64,000 bases of DNA from Azolla caroliniana (GCA_043228905.1 JBHGNT010000004.1:12400001-12464000); one strand, 5' to 3'. Shown: positions 12,720 to 26,904, numbered from the stretch's first letter. Numbers and translations are program-made. The notes: generated from the sequence alone by a model not told the origin.

Positions 12720-15700
12720 ATATGTAGAGTTAGTTCCTAGTCGTGGTTCCATTTCATCAAATCAAGTTAGTCGAGCTTTTTCTACACAAGTTGAGCTTAG
12801 CACAGCTACATGTCATCGAGTCCTAGTCTCTGCCCTATTAGATTCTGGAGCCAACTCTTGTTTCACGGATCGTGAGTTTGCATTGACACAAAAAATCCTC
12901 TTGAATAGCCTCCCGAACCTAGTATCCGTGGAAGTCATCGATGGTCATCCTATAGGATCGGGTGATATAGTCGAAGAGTATAAGCCAATTTGTGTAGTTC
13001 TTGGTGATTTGACAAGTATAATCTCTTTCAACATTATTCGTAGTCCAAAACACCCATTAGTTCTAGGTCTCCCTTGGTTTGAACTACATAACCCAAAGAT
13101 TGATTGGATGAAAAGAACAATTGAGGAATCCCAAGAAAAAAGAACTACACTCGCATCCCTCAACACTCCAAAATTTGATACTGGGTCCCATAAGTTATCG
13201 ACCATTTCTCTCCATCAGTTACGTGAGGAAGCGGGGAACGAGGACATGTTCATTTTTGCAATCGTAGCAACTCCATCAAGCCCATCACCCACCTTACCGA
13301 AGCTGGACATCCAATTACCAAAAAAATACAAAGAGTTTTCAGACATCTTTGATAAGGTGAAGGCAAATACACTGCCAGAGCATAGGCCATACGACTGTCC
13401 TATTGACTTACAGCCAAGGAAAGAACCGTCATGGGGGCCAATTTATAATCTCTCTCCTGTCGAGCTAGAGACTTTGCAAGAATATATCAAGGAGAATCTT
13501 GCAAACGGACTCATTTGGCATTCTAGATCCCCTCCTGGTGCACCTATCTTCTTTGTTAAGAAGAAAAACGGGATATTCGGTTGGTCGTGGATTATCGAGG
13601 GCTGAACAAAGTGACTATCCGGAATATATATGCTCTACCCTTGATCCCAAACCTTTTGGAACGTCTCAGTGGAGCAAAAAATTTCACAAAATTGGACCTT
13701 CGCGGTACATACAATTTAGTTCGAATTCGCCCAGGGGACGAATGGAAAACTGCTTTTCGTACTCGTTATGGACATTTTGAGTATACCGTGATGCCATTCG
13801 GTCTCACAAATGCGCCTGCAGTGTTCCAACATATGGCAAATGATATTTTTCGACATTTTCTCGATATCTTCACTATAGTTTATCTGGACGACATTTTGAT
13901 CTACTCAAACACTGAAGAGGAGCATGATAAACATGTTCGTCAGGTATTACATCGACTACGAGAATATGGTCTCTACGCAAAATTAGAAAAGTGTAGTTTC
14001 GGCTAGAATCAAGTGGAGTTTTTGGGGTATGTTGTATCATCAACTGGTATCTCTATGGACCCAATGAAGGTTCAAACAATTTTAGATTGGCAAACACCCC
14101 TTTCCGTGTGTGATGTATAATGTTTTCTTGGGTTTGCAAATTTTTATCGGAAATTCATTAAAAATTATTCCAAGGTTGTGCTTCCACTCACCCGACTCAC
14201 ACAGAAAAATCAACCATTCATATGGAATTCAGAGGCAACTGAGGCGTTCGAAAGTTTAAAACGAGCATTTACAACAGCGCCTATTTTAGCTCATGTTGAT
14301 CCCAAGAAACACTTCATCCTTGAAGCTGATGCATCTGACTTTGTATTAGGAAGTGTTCTATCACAAATTGGAGATGACAGGCAACTACATCCTATTGCTT
14401 TTCATTCCCGAAAATTCGAAGCTGCAAAGATTAACTACGAGATCCATGACAAAGAGCTTCTGGCAATTGTGGATTCTTTTCAACAATGGCGACATTTTCT
14501 GGAAGGTTCTTCTCAGCAAATAATTATCTACAATGATCACAAGAACTTAACATATTTCCAAAATGCTCGAGTCTCAAGTCGGCGACAAGCCTGTTGGGCG
14601 CAATTTTTGACTCATTTCGACTTCGTAATCATATATCGCCGAAGGATACAACAAGGAAAAGCGGATGCTCTTTCATGACGCTCTTATATGGAACTTCTTC
14701 TAGGAGAACCAACTTTTGAGCATCAAAAACAAATCCTTTTGGGCCCAAAGCACCTACGAGTTATGGCAGTCAATTCCATAACCACACCCAGGGATTCCAC
14801 TCTTCTTGATTCCATTCGAGATCATATGGCTCCTAATGTGTTCACGAAAGAAGTTTTAGATCATATCATCCCGGATCGTGCTTCTTGCTTTAAATCGCAA
14901 AACCCTCGTACTGACTATAGGCAGTTCTATTGGCATGGTGGTTTTCTGTTTCGACAAAACCTTCTGTATGTACTTGATGGTCCCCCACATTTGCAAGTCT
15001 TACAACATTGTCATGACACTCCAATGACTGACATTTTGGAGTAGCCAAAACTCTAGAATTAGTTTCTCGGCGATATTGGTGGCCTCGACTTCGTCGTTTT
15101 GTCGAGGAGTATGTCTGACGTTGTGATACATGTTGTCAATCAAAGAGTCCTCGACACCGATCATATGGGTTACTCCAACCACTTCCAATTCCTGAAAATC
15201 CGTGGAAGTCTATATCCTTGGATTTCATCACCGATCTCCCAGTTTTGAGGGGTTTTGATACCATTCTAACCGTGGTCGATTGACTTACCAAAATGGCACA
15301 TTTTGAGACAGTCGATCTAGTTATGCGGGAGGTATTCAAGCATCATGGTCTCCCAAACGATATTATTAGTGATCGAGGTCCACAATTCATCTCAAAGTTT
15401 TGGAAGCACATGTTAAAACTTCTCCGAGTTTCGGCTAAGCTTTCTTCGGGCAATCATCTATAGACTAATGGCCAAACCGAGCGTACCAACCAGACTTTGG
15501 AGCAGTATCTTCGTTGTTTCATCAACTATCAACAGGATGATTGGGTTGATTTTCTACACTTGGATGAATTCGCTTATAAAAACTCAGTCCATTCGTCTAC
15601 AAGATATTCTCCATTTTCGCAAATACTGGTTCTCATCCTCGTTGGACAATGACTGAACACCCCGGAGTTCCTCTCAACCCTGCTGCTACAGATCGTCTCA

Positions 15701-16295
15701 GTCGTCCCCAAGAAGTTCACGCTACCATTCTCCACAATTTGCGTGATGCCCAAAGTACATACAAGAGGATTGCAAACCTTCATCGCCTAGACTCCTCAGA
15801 AATGTTTCAGGTGGGGGATCGTGTATGGCTTCTACAACACAACATCAAGACCACTCGGCCTTGTGGTAAATTAGATTACCAACGGTTCGGCCCATACGAG
15901 ATCACTGGTAAGATAAGCGATGTTACATTTCGTCTTGGCCTCCCTCCTCACATGCATCTTCACCCCGTGTTTCATGTCTCCCTTCTCGAACCTTACATCA
16001 CAAGTTCAATTCTTGGCCGTCTTACAATTCCCCCGCCACCGATAGAGTTTTTGGAAGACCGGAATTTGAAGTTGCGGCCATTCTCGATTCCAAGATTGTG
16101 CGCAACAAGTTGTATTACTTGGTCAATTGGTTAGGCTATACACCCAATGATCAAACTTGGGAACCTGCTGAAAATCTTGTCAATGCTGCAGACATAGTCA
16201 CCGAATTTCATCGACAATATCCTCATAAACCCGGTCCTAGTTCAACCCATGCGACCCGTGATACGGGTCGTCGAAGAAGGGGGATAGTGTCATGA
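12670..16295 (+). pseudogene. Element B pol (PR, RT, RNase H, INT, chromodomain), disrupted
   Basis: ALLDSGANSCF; VVDYRGLNK...[11 protein letters not shown]; LEADASDFVLGSVL; HPVFHVSLLEPY; YYLVNWLGYTPNDQTWEPAENL. Confidence 0.94.
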
Positions 16296-16448
16296 TGACA
16301 CTTACATGCAATTTGGGTTTACAAGGAATCGAACCCATAACCTTGTTATATTCGCATCACGTTCTTGACCATTGTAATGATATATTTATTTGTAAAAGAA
16401 TTGATAAACTATATGAAATACTATAGAGTAATTGTTGAGTACTCTATG

Positions 16449-16580
16449 TTCTAGAATGTTCTAGAATATTCCAGAGTGCTCTTTTGTCTAGGAAATTCTA
16501 GAATATTCTAGCATGGTCTTTATTCTAGGAAGTTCTAGAATATTCTAGCATGGTCTTTATTCTAGGACTTTCTAGAATAT
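16449..16580. promoter_or_regulatory. Phased heat-shock-element (nTTCnnGAAn) array in the element B 3' LTR (also about 11178-11301)
   Basis: TTCtaGAAtgTTCtaGAAtaTTC at 16449-16471 (five units in phase), with three-unit blocks at 16496 and 16533, upstream of TATAAATA. Confidence 0.65.
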
Positions 16581-16708
16581 CCTATTAAAACTTATAAATA
16601 TGCATATTACCGTAAGGGATGAACCAATTCAGTTCAACGCCATTCTAGAGCGCCCTTGTTTACTCGTTGTATTCCACTCTTCTATTGCAATACATTATCT
16701 TTACAATA

Positions 16709-16754
<46 letters not shown>

Positions 16755-16759
16755 TGAGA

Positions 16760-17714
16760 ATGTCGAGGGAGCAGCCGAAAGAGAGAGGCAAAGTCGGAGC
16801 CAACCGAACCAGGGGGAAGTGAAGCCAAGAAGGGCAAGAAAGGTGCAGAGTTGAAAAGGATAGAGTCAGCCGAGCGAAGGCGAAGACCAAGACATGGGCA
16901 GATGTGGTCAAGGGCCTAAAGGAAAATGACTTAGAGACAACCAATTCGGATAAGAGTTGGAATGAATCGGAACTAGCCGATTCGACCATGGAAGGTGACT
17001 CGGATGAGACGAATTACACAAAGTTCAGGAGGACGAGGAGCTAGCCGAAGACGACGCCAACATGGAGGAGCCGGCGGGTCGAGGATCGCCAATACCGCTA
17101 ACAAGGTCCTTAGAAGCAAACAAGCCAACCATATAGGTCGAGGTGTGTCGAATCAGATGGGGTGAGGGGCGCCGGTCTGAAGGGGTCGTGGGACATAAGG
17201 CTGAACTGGACGAGGAGCAGGAGCGAGGTGTCAAGATGCCAAGAGAAGAGGCTAGAATGACGAACCAGTTGGAACTGACTAGGAGGGACCTCAAGTTGAG
17301 CTTGATGTGAGTGTCGAGAGACAAGCTCAACATGGGCCGAATCAGCTGAAGAAGTCGAGGGCTGAGAACCGAGGGCTGAGAGGTGGGAGCAGAATTGAAG
17401 AAAGCTCGACTCAAACTGGCCAAGTCAGAAGAATTCCAAAAGGTTGTTGAGGGCCTATATTTATATTATGGTAGATAGAAATATTGTAGGTAGAATTAGT
17501 GCCAAGCTCATTTATCAGCATTCCAGTACTAACGGTACTTGTGTCAGCCCACTCATCACGGGCTTGTATAAAAAGTGGTCACCGAGCATAGTGTATGTAC
17601 AGAGTGTTCATTATTCAAACAAAATTTTTGTCTGCTCTCTCTATCTCTCTCTCTTACACCATTCTTTGTGTTTACCTAATTTTGCATTCCTGCCCATTGC
17701 CTAGCCAAATTTCC
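16760..17714 (+). mobile_element. Host copia H: 3' extension, decayed PPT and 3' LTR (about 17312-17714)
   Basis: Resembles the 3' regions of C and E (KTWADVVKGL, LETTNSDKSWNESE). LTR start tgtcgagagacaagctcaac resembles the C LTR start tgttgagatacaagctcaac. Right end approximate. Confidence 0.75.
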
Positions 17715-17772
17715 TTGTTGGCGCCAACCTAATAGTTCGAAAACCATTTGATGTTCGGGGTCATGTGAAATG

Positions 17773-20700
17773 TTTTGGTAATATGTCCCTCCAGTGGGAG
17801 GAGGAACCGACTGTCCAGAAGTTGTTGACAATCAATGACTACGAGGAGTGCACTGATCGGACCAAGGAGTGCCGACAGTTGAAGACAGGGAAGATCCGAT
17901 TGTTTGGAAAGCCGACAGTCGAAGAGTCGAAAACAATGAGTCGATTGTTTGATAGTTCGGCTATTATTATTATAGCAATAATAATAATGATACATAGTAG
18001 AGGCTACATTTGTAAATAGCCCATCCAATGTATAAGTATAAAGACGGTGAAGCATCATCGAACACATCAACACATTCATGGGGTATGTAAATCAACTTGT
18101 TGCGACCAAGTTTCCCTTGGATGATGCAATGCAGGCCATCCAGCTGATGTGCACACTACCGGACAACTGGGAGAACCTGGTGGTTACTCTCAGCACCACC
18201 TATCAACAAGAGAACTTGTCTTTACAGACGGTAAAGACAAGCATCCTAAATGAGGAGGCAAGGAAGAAAGACAAAGGATTCATGTCCCAATCGGAGTCGA
18301 ATTTGACTTAACATATGGACAAAGGAAGAGACATGCGAAGAAGAAGTCTACAATGAATGCAGAAATCCCACGCCAGATCGAAGTCCAGAGGTTTGCCCGT
18401 GTCATTTTATTGTGGAAAGCCTAGACACTTCCAAAAGGATTGTCGACACTTAAAGAAAGATAAGAGTGTCGGAAATAATGTCGAACCCAAGAAGATTCCT
18501 GATGAGAAGAACACTTCGGCCATTGCTACGAGCAATGAAGAACTCATGTTCATTTGTGAACAGACAAGTGCAAATCTTGCAAGTGAAGATTGCACATGGG
18601 TGATTGATTCCAGGGTATCGTTCCACATAACTCCGTCGAGAGAGTATTTCTCGACTTACATAGTCGGGGATCATGGCTATGTAAAGATGGGTGACAATGG
18701 AGAGTGAAGGGTAACCGGAGTCAGAAGTGTTTGCTTAACGACGTCGACAGGGTGTCGAGTGACACTGAAGGATGTTCAACACGTCCCCGATATCAAATTG
18801 AATCTGATATCATCTGGAAGGTTAGATGATGAAGGCTATAGTGGTAGCTTTCGAAATGGAAAGTGGAAGTTCTATCGAGGAAATGTTATTGTGGCCCGAG
18901 CACAAAAAGAAGGCAAATTGTACATGATGCATGCCCCACTGTGCAAATCGGAAGTAAATGTGGCAGCCGACTCGGCAGGTGAGATATGGCATAAGAGGCT
19001 AGGCCACATGAGTGAGAAGGGAATGCACTTCTTAGCCGACCAAAAACTTCTACCAGAAGTCAAGGGTGTGCAACTAGAGAAGTGTCGCGACTGCTTAGCC
19101 GGAAAGTAGAACAGAGTTGCATTCCACACAAGACCACCGAGAAGAAGAGAGGTTGCCCTGGAACTAGTACACACGGACATGTTCTATGTTGATGCTCCAT
19201 CGCATCGAGGTAGACAGTACTTTGTGACATTCATTGACAACCATAGTCGGAAGACATGGGCCTTTGTACTGAAGATGAAGGATCAAGTATTGTCGGTTTT
19301 CAAGGAGTTCCAGGCAAGAGCCGAAAGAGAGTCAAGTCAGAAGTTGAAGGTTGTCCGAACCGACAACGGTGGCGAGTACAAAGGCCAGTTCAAGGAATAC
19401 GCAAGAGCCAAGGTATTTGGATCGAATACACAGTGCCAAAAACCCCAGAGTTGAACGGGCTTGTAGAGAGGATGAATCAAACGATCATGGAGAGAGTAAG
19501 GAGCATGCTCTCTCATGTGAAACTGCTGAAATCCTATTGGGCTGAGGCGATGTACACAACTATTTATCTAATCAATAGGTCTCCCTCAATACCATTGAAG
19601 GGTGATGTTCCATAGAGGGTGTGGATGGGAAGGATGTCTCCTACCAGCATCTGAGGGTGTTCGGATGTCTGTCGTACATGCATGAACCGAAAGATCAGAG
19701 ATCAAAGCTTGACAACAAGTCGAAAGCATGCATATTCATGGGATACTCAGAAGATGAATTCGGCTACAGGCTATGGGACCTAGTCGACAAGAAGGTAGTG
19801 AGAAGTCGGGATGTAGTCTTTCTAGAAGACAAGATGATTGAAGACTGGAAGCAACAGAAGTCGGAATCGACTTCCCAGTCAACCCTGACTACCATCGACT
19901 TAAGGCCAAGTGAGTCGTCACCGACAGCTATAAGGAGACAGTTGCCCAACATAGCCGAATCTGAATCGATCGACTCGGAGAGACCGACTGACTATGATTT
20001 AGAGTCGGTAGAGATGCAAACGTCAATTGATGAATATGAGTTGGAGTTGTCCAACCAGTAGAGGCCGATTGACGAGCAGAATCCCGAGCAAAGAGAAGAG
20101 TTGGCAGAGACATCCGAAAGCGAGCCAACAACGAGTGGAAGAAGATACCCACTCAGGGAGAGGAAAGCACCGACTACATATGCCAATCAATATATCCTCT
20201 TCACTGATGAAAGTGAACTAGAGTGCTACGAAGAAGCCATTGCCGATGAGCATAGAGAGAAATGGTTGAGCGCAATGCAAGATGAGATGGAATCCTTGCA
20301 CGAAAACTACACCTACGACCTAGTAGAGGTGCCGAAAGGTAATAGAGCACTTAGGAATAAGTGGGTCTACAAGGTGAAGACTAGAGAAGCCGACAATGAG
20401 CCCAGGTATAAAGCCCGTATAGTGGTGAAGGGTTTCCAACAAAAGAACGGCGTCAACTTTGATGAAATATTCACACCAGTCGTTAAGATGACATCCATCC
20501 GAACTGTTTTGAGCATAGTGGCTAGCATGGACCTAGAGATCGAACAGTTGGATGTCATAATTGCATTTCTGCATGGGGAGCTAGAAGAAGAAATCTATAT
20601 GTAGCAACCCAAAGGGAAAGAGAATCTGGTGTGTTGACTGAAGAAAATCTTGTACGGTCTGAAACAATCTCCACACCAATGGTACAAGAAGTTCGAGTCC

Positions 20701-22342
20701 TTCATGATGGAACACCGGTTCCAGAAAACACAGGCCGCTCACTGTGTGTTCGTCAAAAGGTACGAAGAAGGAGACTTCTTGATTCTCTTGCTATATGTTG
20801 ATGACATGTTGATAGTCGGTCAAGATACAAGGAAGATTGGAAGCTTGAAGAAAGCTCTTTGCAAATCATTTGCCATGAAAAACCTTGGACCGGCCAAATA
20901 GATCTTAGGAATGCACATAGTTCGAGACAAAACTCAAAAGGTGCTATGGTTGTCACAGCAGAAGTATGTGACAAAGATCCTAGAGAGATTTAATATGTCA
21001 GATGCAAAGCTGGTCAGCTCAGTGTTGCCAACAAATTGCAAATTGAATGCGAAGCAGTGTCCGAAAGGGGAGAAGGAAAAGGCCGAGATGAGGAAGGTAC
21101 CATATGCCTCAGCCATCGGCACTGTAATGTATGCTATGGTCTATACGAGACCTAACATAACATTTGTTGTAGGAGCAGTGTATAATCAGGTGCTTAAAAG
21201 GCACCTCAAAGGTGTGCCTAAGGTATGGTGTCCGAAAAATTGTGCTGGAAGGTTTTACCGAATCGTCCGGATATGTCGACTCGAGCCAATCCACGTCAGG
21301 GTGCGTGATGACCTATGCAGGGGGAGCAGTGTCATGGCAGTCACGACTGCAGAAGTCTGTAGCTTTGTTGACTACAGAGGCAGAGTATATGGCAGCGATA
21401 GAGGCCGACAAAGAGATGATCGGGATGAGAAGTTTTCTCACCAAATTAGGGATGAAGCAAAAGGGCCTCTTGCTTCACTGTGATAGCCAGAGTGCCATAC
21501 ATCTTGCCAAGAATGTTGCATACCACTACTGGACCAAGCATATACAGAGAAGGTATCACTAGTTGCGGGAAAGAGTCGAAGAAGGAGAATTTTCCTTAGT
21601 GAAGTTCCATACTGACGACAATGGATCCGACATGTTGACGAAGAACCTACCTATGGACAGACTCAGAGTCTGTCAACAGAAGACAGAACTGATTGACTTC
21701 CTCCCACAGGAATGAAGGGGAAGTTTGTTGGGAATATGTCCCTCCAGTAGGATGAGGAACCGATTGCCCAGAAGTTGCTGACAGTCGATGACTATGAGAA
21801 GCTGACTGATCAAACCAAGGAGGACAGACAGTCGATGACAGGGAAGATCCGACTGTTCGGAAAGCCGACAGTCGAAGAGTCAAAAACAGTGAGTCGATTG
21901 TTTGATAGTTCGACTATTATTATTATAGCAATAATAATAATGATACGTAGGAGAGGCTACATTTGTAAATAGCCCATACTGTGTATAAGTATAAATACAC
22001 TTAGGGCAAGATGTGATAGAATAGAACAAAAGAGAACAAAAAAGAACAGAAGTAGCGTGAGAGCGCGTGACACAGAGAGTGAGTGAGAGCGGCACCATAG
22101 CTGTGTGCGTAACAGTAGACGCCAAAAGCCCTGCATGGCTGATACACTCGACGGAGTGTTGTAACATTCTGTGTTGTATATCCACTATACATAGTGAATC
22201 TTGGTTCCCGTGGTTTTCCCTCGTTTTAGGGTTTCAACGTTAAATCTCTGTGCACCATTGTCCTGTTTTTTTCCTGGCATATTTGTGGTTCGTATTTCAG
22301 CACGGTTCGTGTATTGTGATTTGATCGAACGATTTCTCAACA
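17773..22342 (+). mobile_element. Element D: Ty1/copia (Tnt1/Tork-like); a deletion removes the distal 5' LTR, PBS and gag N-terminus
   Basis: 5' LTR remnant 17773 to about 18040 matches the 3' LTR 21726-22342; perfect TSD AAATG; PPT gaaggggaag. FYCGKPRHFQKDC, WVIDS, WHKRLGHMSEKG, RTDNGGEY, LLYVDDML, CDSQSAIHLAKN. Confidence 0.93.
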
Positions 22343-22536
22343 AAATGTGGCACCGGAGTCCAGTAACCACGTGTGTGCATCTTGCGCACTGTAGAGAACT
22401 TCTCCAATCACCGAGTCTTCTAGAGAGAGGATTTCTCCTGATCGGGTGTCGGCAACATTGACTTGGTTACTGACTAGAGAGTGGTTCGAGTCGGATAGTC
22501 CTCAATTGTGCTCTGATCGCCGACCACTCTCTTTCC

Positions 22537-22811
22537 TTTTGATCAACCATTAGTCGGAAACGTTGTGACTGGCTTGTCTACAGTGGGTGCAGAAATCACC
22601 TAGTTGATTGATTCTCAACTTCAACCATTGTTGGTCTCCCCTCGTTTTCGATCGATTGGTATTCCGACCGGTTTTGATCAACCATTAGTCGGAAACGTTG
22701 TGATTGGCTTGTCTACAGTGGGTGCAGAAATCACATAGTTGATTGATTCTTGACTTCAACCGTTGTTGGTCTCCCCTCATTTTCGACCGATTGGTATTCC
22801 GACCGGTTTTG
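22537..22811. repeat. Tandem duplication, 2 x 135 bp
   Basis: gatcaaccattagtcggaaacg... at 22541 and 22676, with few mismatches. Confidence 0.9.
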
Positions 22812-25460
22812 TTAGCTTGTTCTCTCAATCGACTAAATCAGTGAAGTGGTGGGCTTCTTCCGACTCATCGATGGTGAGTCCCGTCGGTTTTTAGGGAATG
22901 TCATCAGTGAGAACTTGTCCTATTATTTCATCCAAGTATAGATTTGGACAATTATTGACGAATGTCATGTAGAATACATCCCAACTAGCCGGTAAGCCCG
23001 TTTGGAAGTAAGATTTAACTAACCTGGTCTTTTCTTTCAGCTATGGAGTTTCCTCTTCTTAATTTTTCTACTATTCGTTGCCGGATACAGATCTGGTCAA
23101 TAAGCCAGAGCTGAATCGAAATCCGAAACAAAGAACCAGATCGGTGTCCGGATGGTATCCAGAACCAAGAGCCGGATCGAATTGTAACCGGTAGGCCATT
23201 AGAGGCCTACGAATCTAGCCTAGTACGTAGCCATATTTTCAGGAGTCAATGTCAGTCACTTGTATGAGAATTGAAGTACATGTGAGTACTTCTGTTAGTT
23301 CGTGTAAGGACTTGTATAAAAGTGCTTATTGAGCACATTGTATGTATAGAGTGTTGTTATTTTGAATTGAGTTCTACTGTTCTGCTCTCTCTGTCTCCCT
23401 TGTGTATTCTTAAGGTTCCATTAAACTTGTCTGTATTCTGTTGCTATCCAGCTGATCCGGTTCTTCTTAGCTTCCGCATTTTCACTTTTACATGGTATCA
23501 GAGCGTAAGGGTTGAGAATCTCTGCAGTCGATGAGCGATTTCCGAGGACAAGCCCTAACACCCGGTAGAGAATAGCAAACAAAGGTTAGAATGGACAGAG
23601 GAATGGCTAGCTTGCTCCCGATGGAGAAGCTCGACAGATCCAACTATGCATCTTGGTCGTACAAGATGCACCAGTACCTGCTCGGGCAAGATTATTGGAG
23701 TTATGTTGACGGAGCTAACGATACGGAGTCACAAGGATGGTGCGAACAATAGTTCCAAGCTCTCCACAAGTACAGGGATTCGAAGAGACGCAGAAACCGG
23801 CAAGAGAAGACCGCAACGGAATGTTGGTACTGTGGCCACAAGGGCCACAGAGAGAGCGATTGTTGGAAGAAGCGAGCAAGGCCGGTCGAGGAAACCGGCA
23901 AAACTCACACTATGCAGAAGGATTTGAAGGATCCGGAACCGGTAAGACCGAAAAAGGGCCAACCTTTGTGATGAAGCACAACGCGAACTCAATGAAGAAG
24001 ACCACTTCTGGATTGGAGGAAGTGTGGTATGTTGACTATAGAGCATCAAATCTCATGACGAGCCATGAAGAGTGGTTCTCATTTTTGGAAAGGCTGGAGC
24101 AACCGGGAGTTGTCGAAACCGGAGATGAAACTCCTCACCCGATCGTGCATATCAAAGAAGTTCCCTTGAGTCATGTTGGACAAAATGGGAAGCTTATGAA
24201 CGTGCTTAACATCCCGACAATCACAAAGAACCTGGTGTCGATCTACCAAATTGTCGTTATACGGTTTACGCACCTGGGGTGCTTCATTGAGGAATAGGGT
24301 CGGATCATCGCTCAAGGGCGTCGGGACGGGAGGATATTTTTCCTCGAGACAAATGATGTGGGCACCGCTATGTTCGCGAAAGGGCAAAAGGTCGAGTCGT
24401 ACATGGACTTGTGGCAAAAGCAGATCGGCCACATCAACTTTTGAAAGCTTCAGAGTTGCAGTCAGAACACGTAGTTTCCGGACTGCCGAAGCTCAGTGGC
24501 TAGAAAGGCCAAATATGTGAAGCTTGCCAGTTCGACAAGCAACATAGGCTTCCATTCCCCATTGAGAAGAATCGAAGCAGGAATCGGTTTGATCTCATCC
24601 ATTCGGATGTGTGGGGACTGCCACAAAACACGAGCATCAGTGGGAGTCGGTATTTCGTCTCCTTCATCGACGATTTCACCCGACACACATGGATCTATCT
24701 GATCGAGAAAAAAAGTGACGTCTTCTCATGCTTTTGGGATTTGAAGAACCTTGTTGAACGTGAGACCGGAAGGAAGATCAAGTGTCTGAGATCGGATGGC
24801 GGAAAAGAGTATTTTTCCAACCACTTCATAAGTTATCTGCAGGCGAAGGGAATGCGATGGGAATTCTTCTATAGATACACGCAGGAGCCAAACAGCGTGG
24901 CCGAGCCTCAGAATAGGACGCTGGTAGTAGCGGCAAGGGAGATGCTTGAGGAGAAAAGCATGCCCAAGTTCTATTGGTCCAAAGCAATTCGGACAATCGT
25001 CTATATCCAAAATCGGATATCTTTCTCAAGGACAAAGGTGTCACCACACAAACTGTATTTCGAGCGGAAGTAGAACTTGGCACACCTTTGGGTGTTCAGT
25101 AGCATTGCATATGTGCATGTACCGAAGGAAAACCGAACGAAGTTTGACGCGAAAGCCAAAAAGTGCATTCTCGTCGGCTACTCGGATGAACAAAAGGGTT
25201 ATAAGTGTTATAACCCCTGATCGAAAATGGTTCGAGTTAGCCGAGATGTCGTTTTTGATGAATCGGCATCTTGGTACTTCTCTCCACTCGAACCCGAGCC
25301 GATTGTTGTTGATGATCCGGTAGAATCCGAAACAGAGGGAAGTGTAACGGAATCTGAACAGCCAGATAGTTCAACTTCTTTCTAGATTAGTGGAACGAAT
25401 CTGAACTGGTTGAGCCGGAGGTTTCAACCGGATGATGGGCTGACGAGTAGTGAAGACTTG

Positions 25461-26051
25461 GCAACAAACTGAGGAGATGGTTCACACGCAAAGAGAAGGG
25501 GAAGAAGAAGTTGTCGGATTATGACACTAGCAGAGCTTATTCGAATCAGAGTGAATCCCACTCAGAACAAAGCAGAGATAGAACATCAGAAGAGAAGTCT
25601 GAGTTAGCCAAGAAGGCCAAGAAATCGGCGAATCCGGATTTGCACCGATTCCCCCATGCAACAAACTGAGGAGACGGTTCACACGCAAAGAGAAGGGGAA
25701 GAAGAAGTTGTCGGATTATGACACTAGCAGAGCTGATTCGAATCAGAGTGAATCCCACTCAGAACAAAGCAGAGACAGAACATCAGAAGAGAAGTCTGAG
25801 TTAGCCAAGAAGGCCAAGAAATCGGCGAATCCGGAATTGCACCGATTCCCCCACGCAATAAACTGAGGAGACGGTTCACACGCAAAGAGAAGGGGAAGAA
25901 GCAGTTGTCGGATTATGACACTAGCAGAGCTGATTCAGATGAGAGTGAATCCCACTCAGAACAAAGCAGAGACAGAACATCAGAAGAGAAGTCTGAGTTA
26001 GCCAAGAAGGCCAAGAAATCGGCGAATCCGGAATTGCACCGATTCCCCCAC
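25461..26051 (+). repeat. Tandem triplication, 3 x 197 bp, in the INT-RT linker of E
   Basis: Units start gcaacaaactgaggag (or variant) at 25461, 25658 and 25855 and are near-identical. Confidence 0.93.
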
Positions 26052-26866
26052 CAGATGAACCCCATGAAGAGGTACGGGTATAACGAATCTATGGCACATC
26101 ATTATGCGTACATGGTGAAGGTGGTAGCAGTGCATGAGCCGGAGAGCTAAGCAGAAGCGGTGAAGGATGCAAATTGGCATGCCACTATGGAGGAAGAGAT
26201 GCACGCACTCATGGAAAATGAGACGTGGGATTTAGTGGACGTACCGAAAGGAGTGAAGCCGATCAATTGTCGATTCGTATACAAGGTTAAATACAACACC
26301 GACGGCTCCGTCAACATGTACAAGGCCCGGTTAGTGGACAAAGGCTACGTGTAGCAGCACGACATCAATTACAATGAGACATTCGCATCGGTCGTGAAGA
26401 TGACAACCGTCCGTGTCTTGCTTGCAGTGGCAATGGCGAAGGGGTAGCATCTACATCGGATGGATGTAAAAAATGTGTTCCTGCAAGGTGATCTTGAGGA
26501 TTAGGTCTTTATGGTTTAGCCCCCTGGATTTTAGTTAGGAGTGAATACATTGACAATGTGCCAATTGAAGAAGTCCCTCTACGGACTCAAGCAAGCCCCA
26601 CGCACCTGGAACGCGAAGATCACACAGAGTCTGCGTCGGATGGGGTTTGCTCCGTCCAAATTGGACTCTTCACTTTTCATTTGGCAAGGTCGAAATGGGC
26701 TGATCAGCATATTGTTGTACGTGGATGATCTTGGCATTGCCGACGACGACCTGGATGAAATCCGTTGCGTCTGTTAGGAATAGTACTGAGACAAAGAAGA
26801 AATTAGTACTAAGAGAGGAATATTAGTACTAAGACGAATAGAGGGTGTAGAACACTCAAGAGAAGA

Positions 26867-26904
<38 letters not shown>

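Larger units (their letters stand above)
5372..16759 (+). mobile_element. Element B: Ty3/gypsy chromovirus; 5' LTR interrupted by copia C
   Basis: 5' LTR 5372-5516 plus 11157-11463; 3' LTR 16288-16759 after a PPT (gaagaagggggatag). Imperfect TSD atgta/atgtc. gag-PR-RT-RNH-INT-chromodomain fragments. Confidence 0.93.

Noticed and set aside
22343-22360. tggcaccggag after the D 3' LTR as the PBS of a tandem element
   Set aside because: The AAATG TSD closes D at 22342, so this is flanking target DNA.
23546-23561. 16-mer ggacaagccctaacac shared by the E leader and the I LTR (33016-33031)
   Set aside because: About one 16-bp match is expected by chance in a 64-kb self-comparison, and the flanks do not align.
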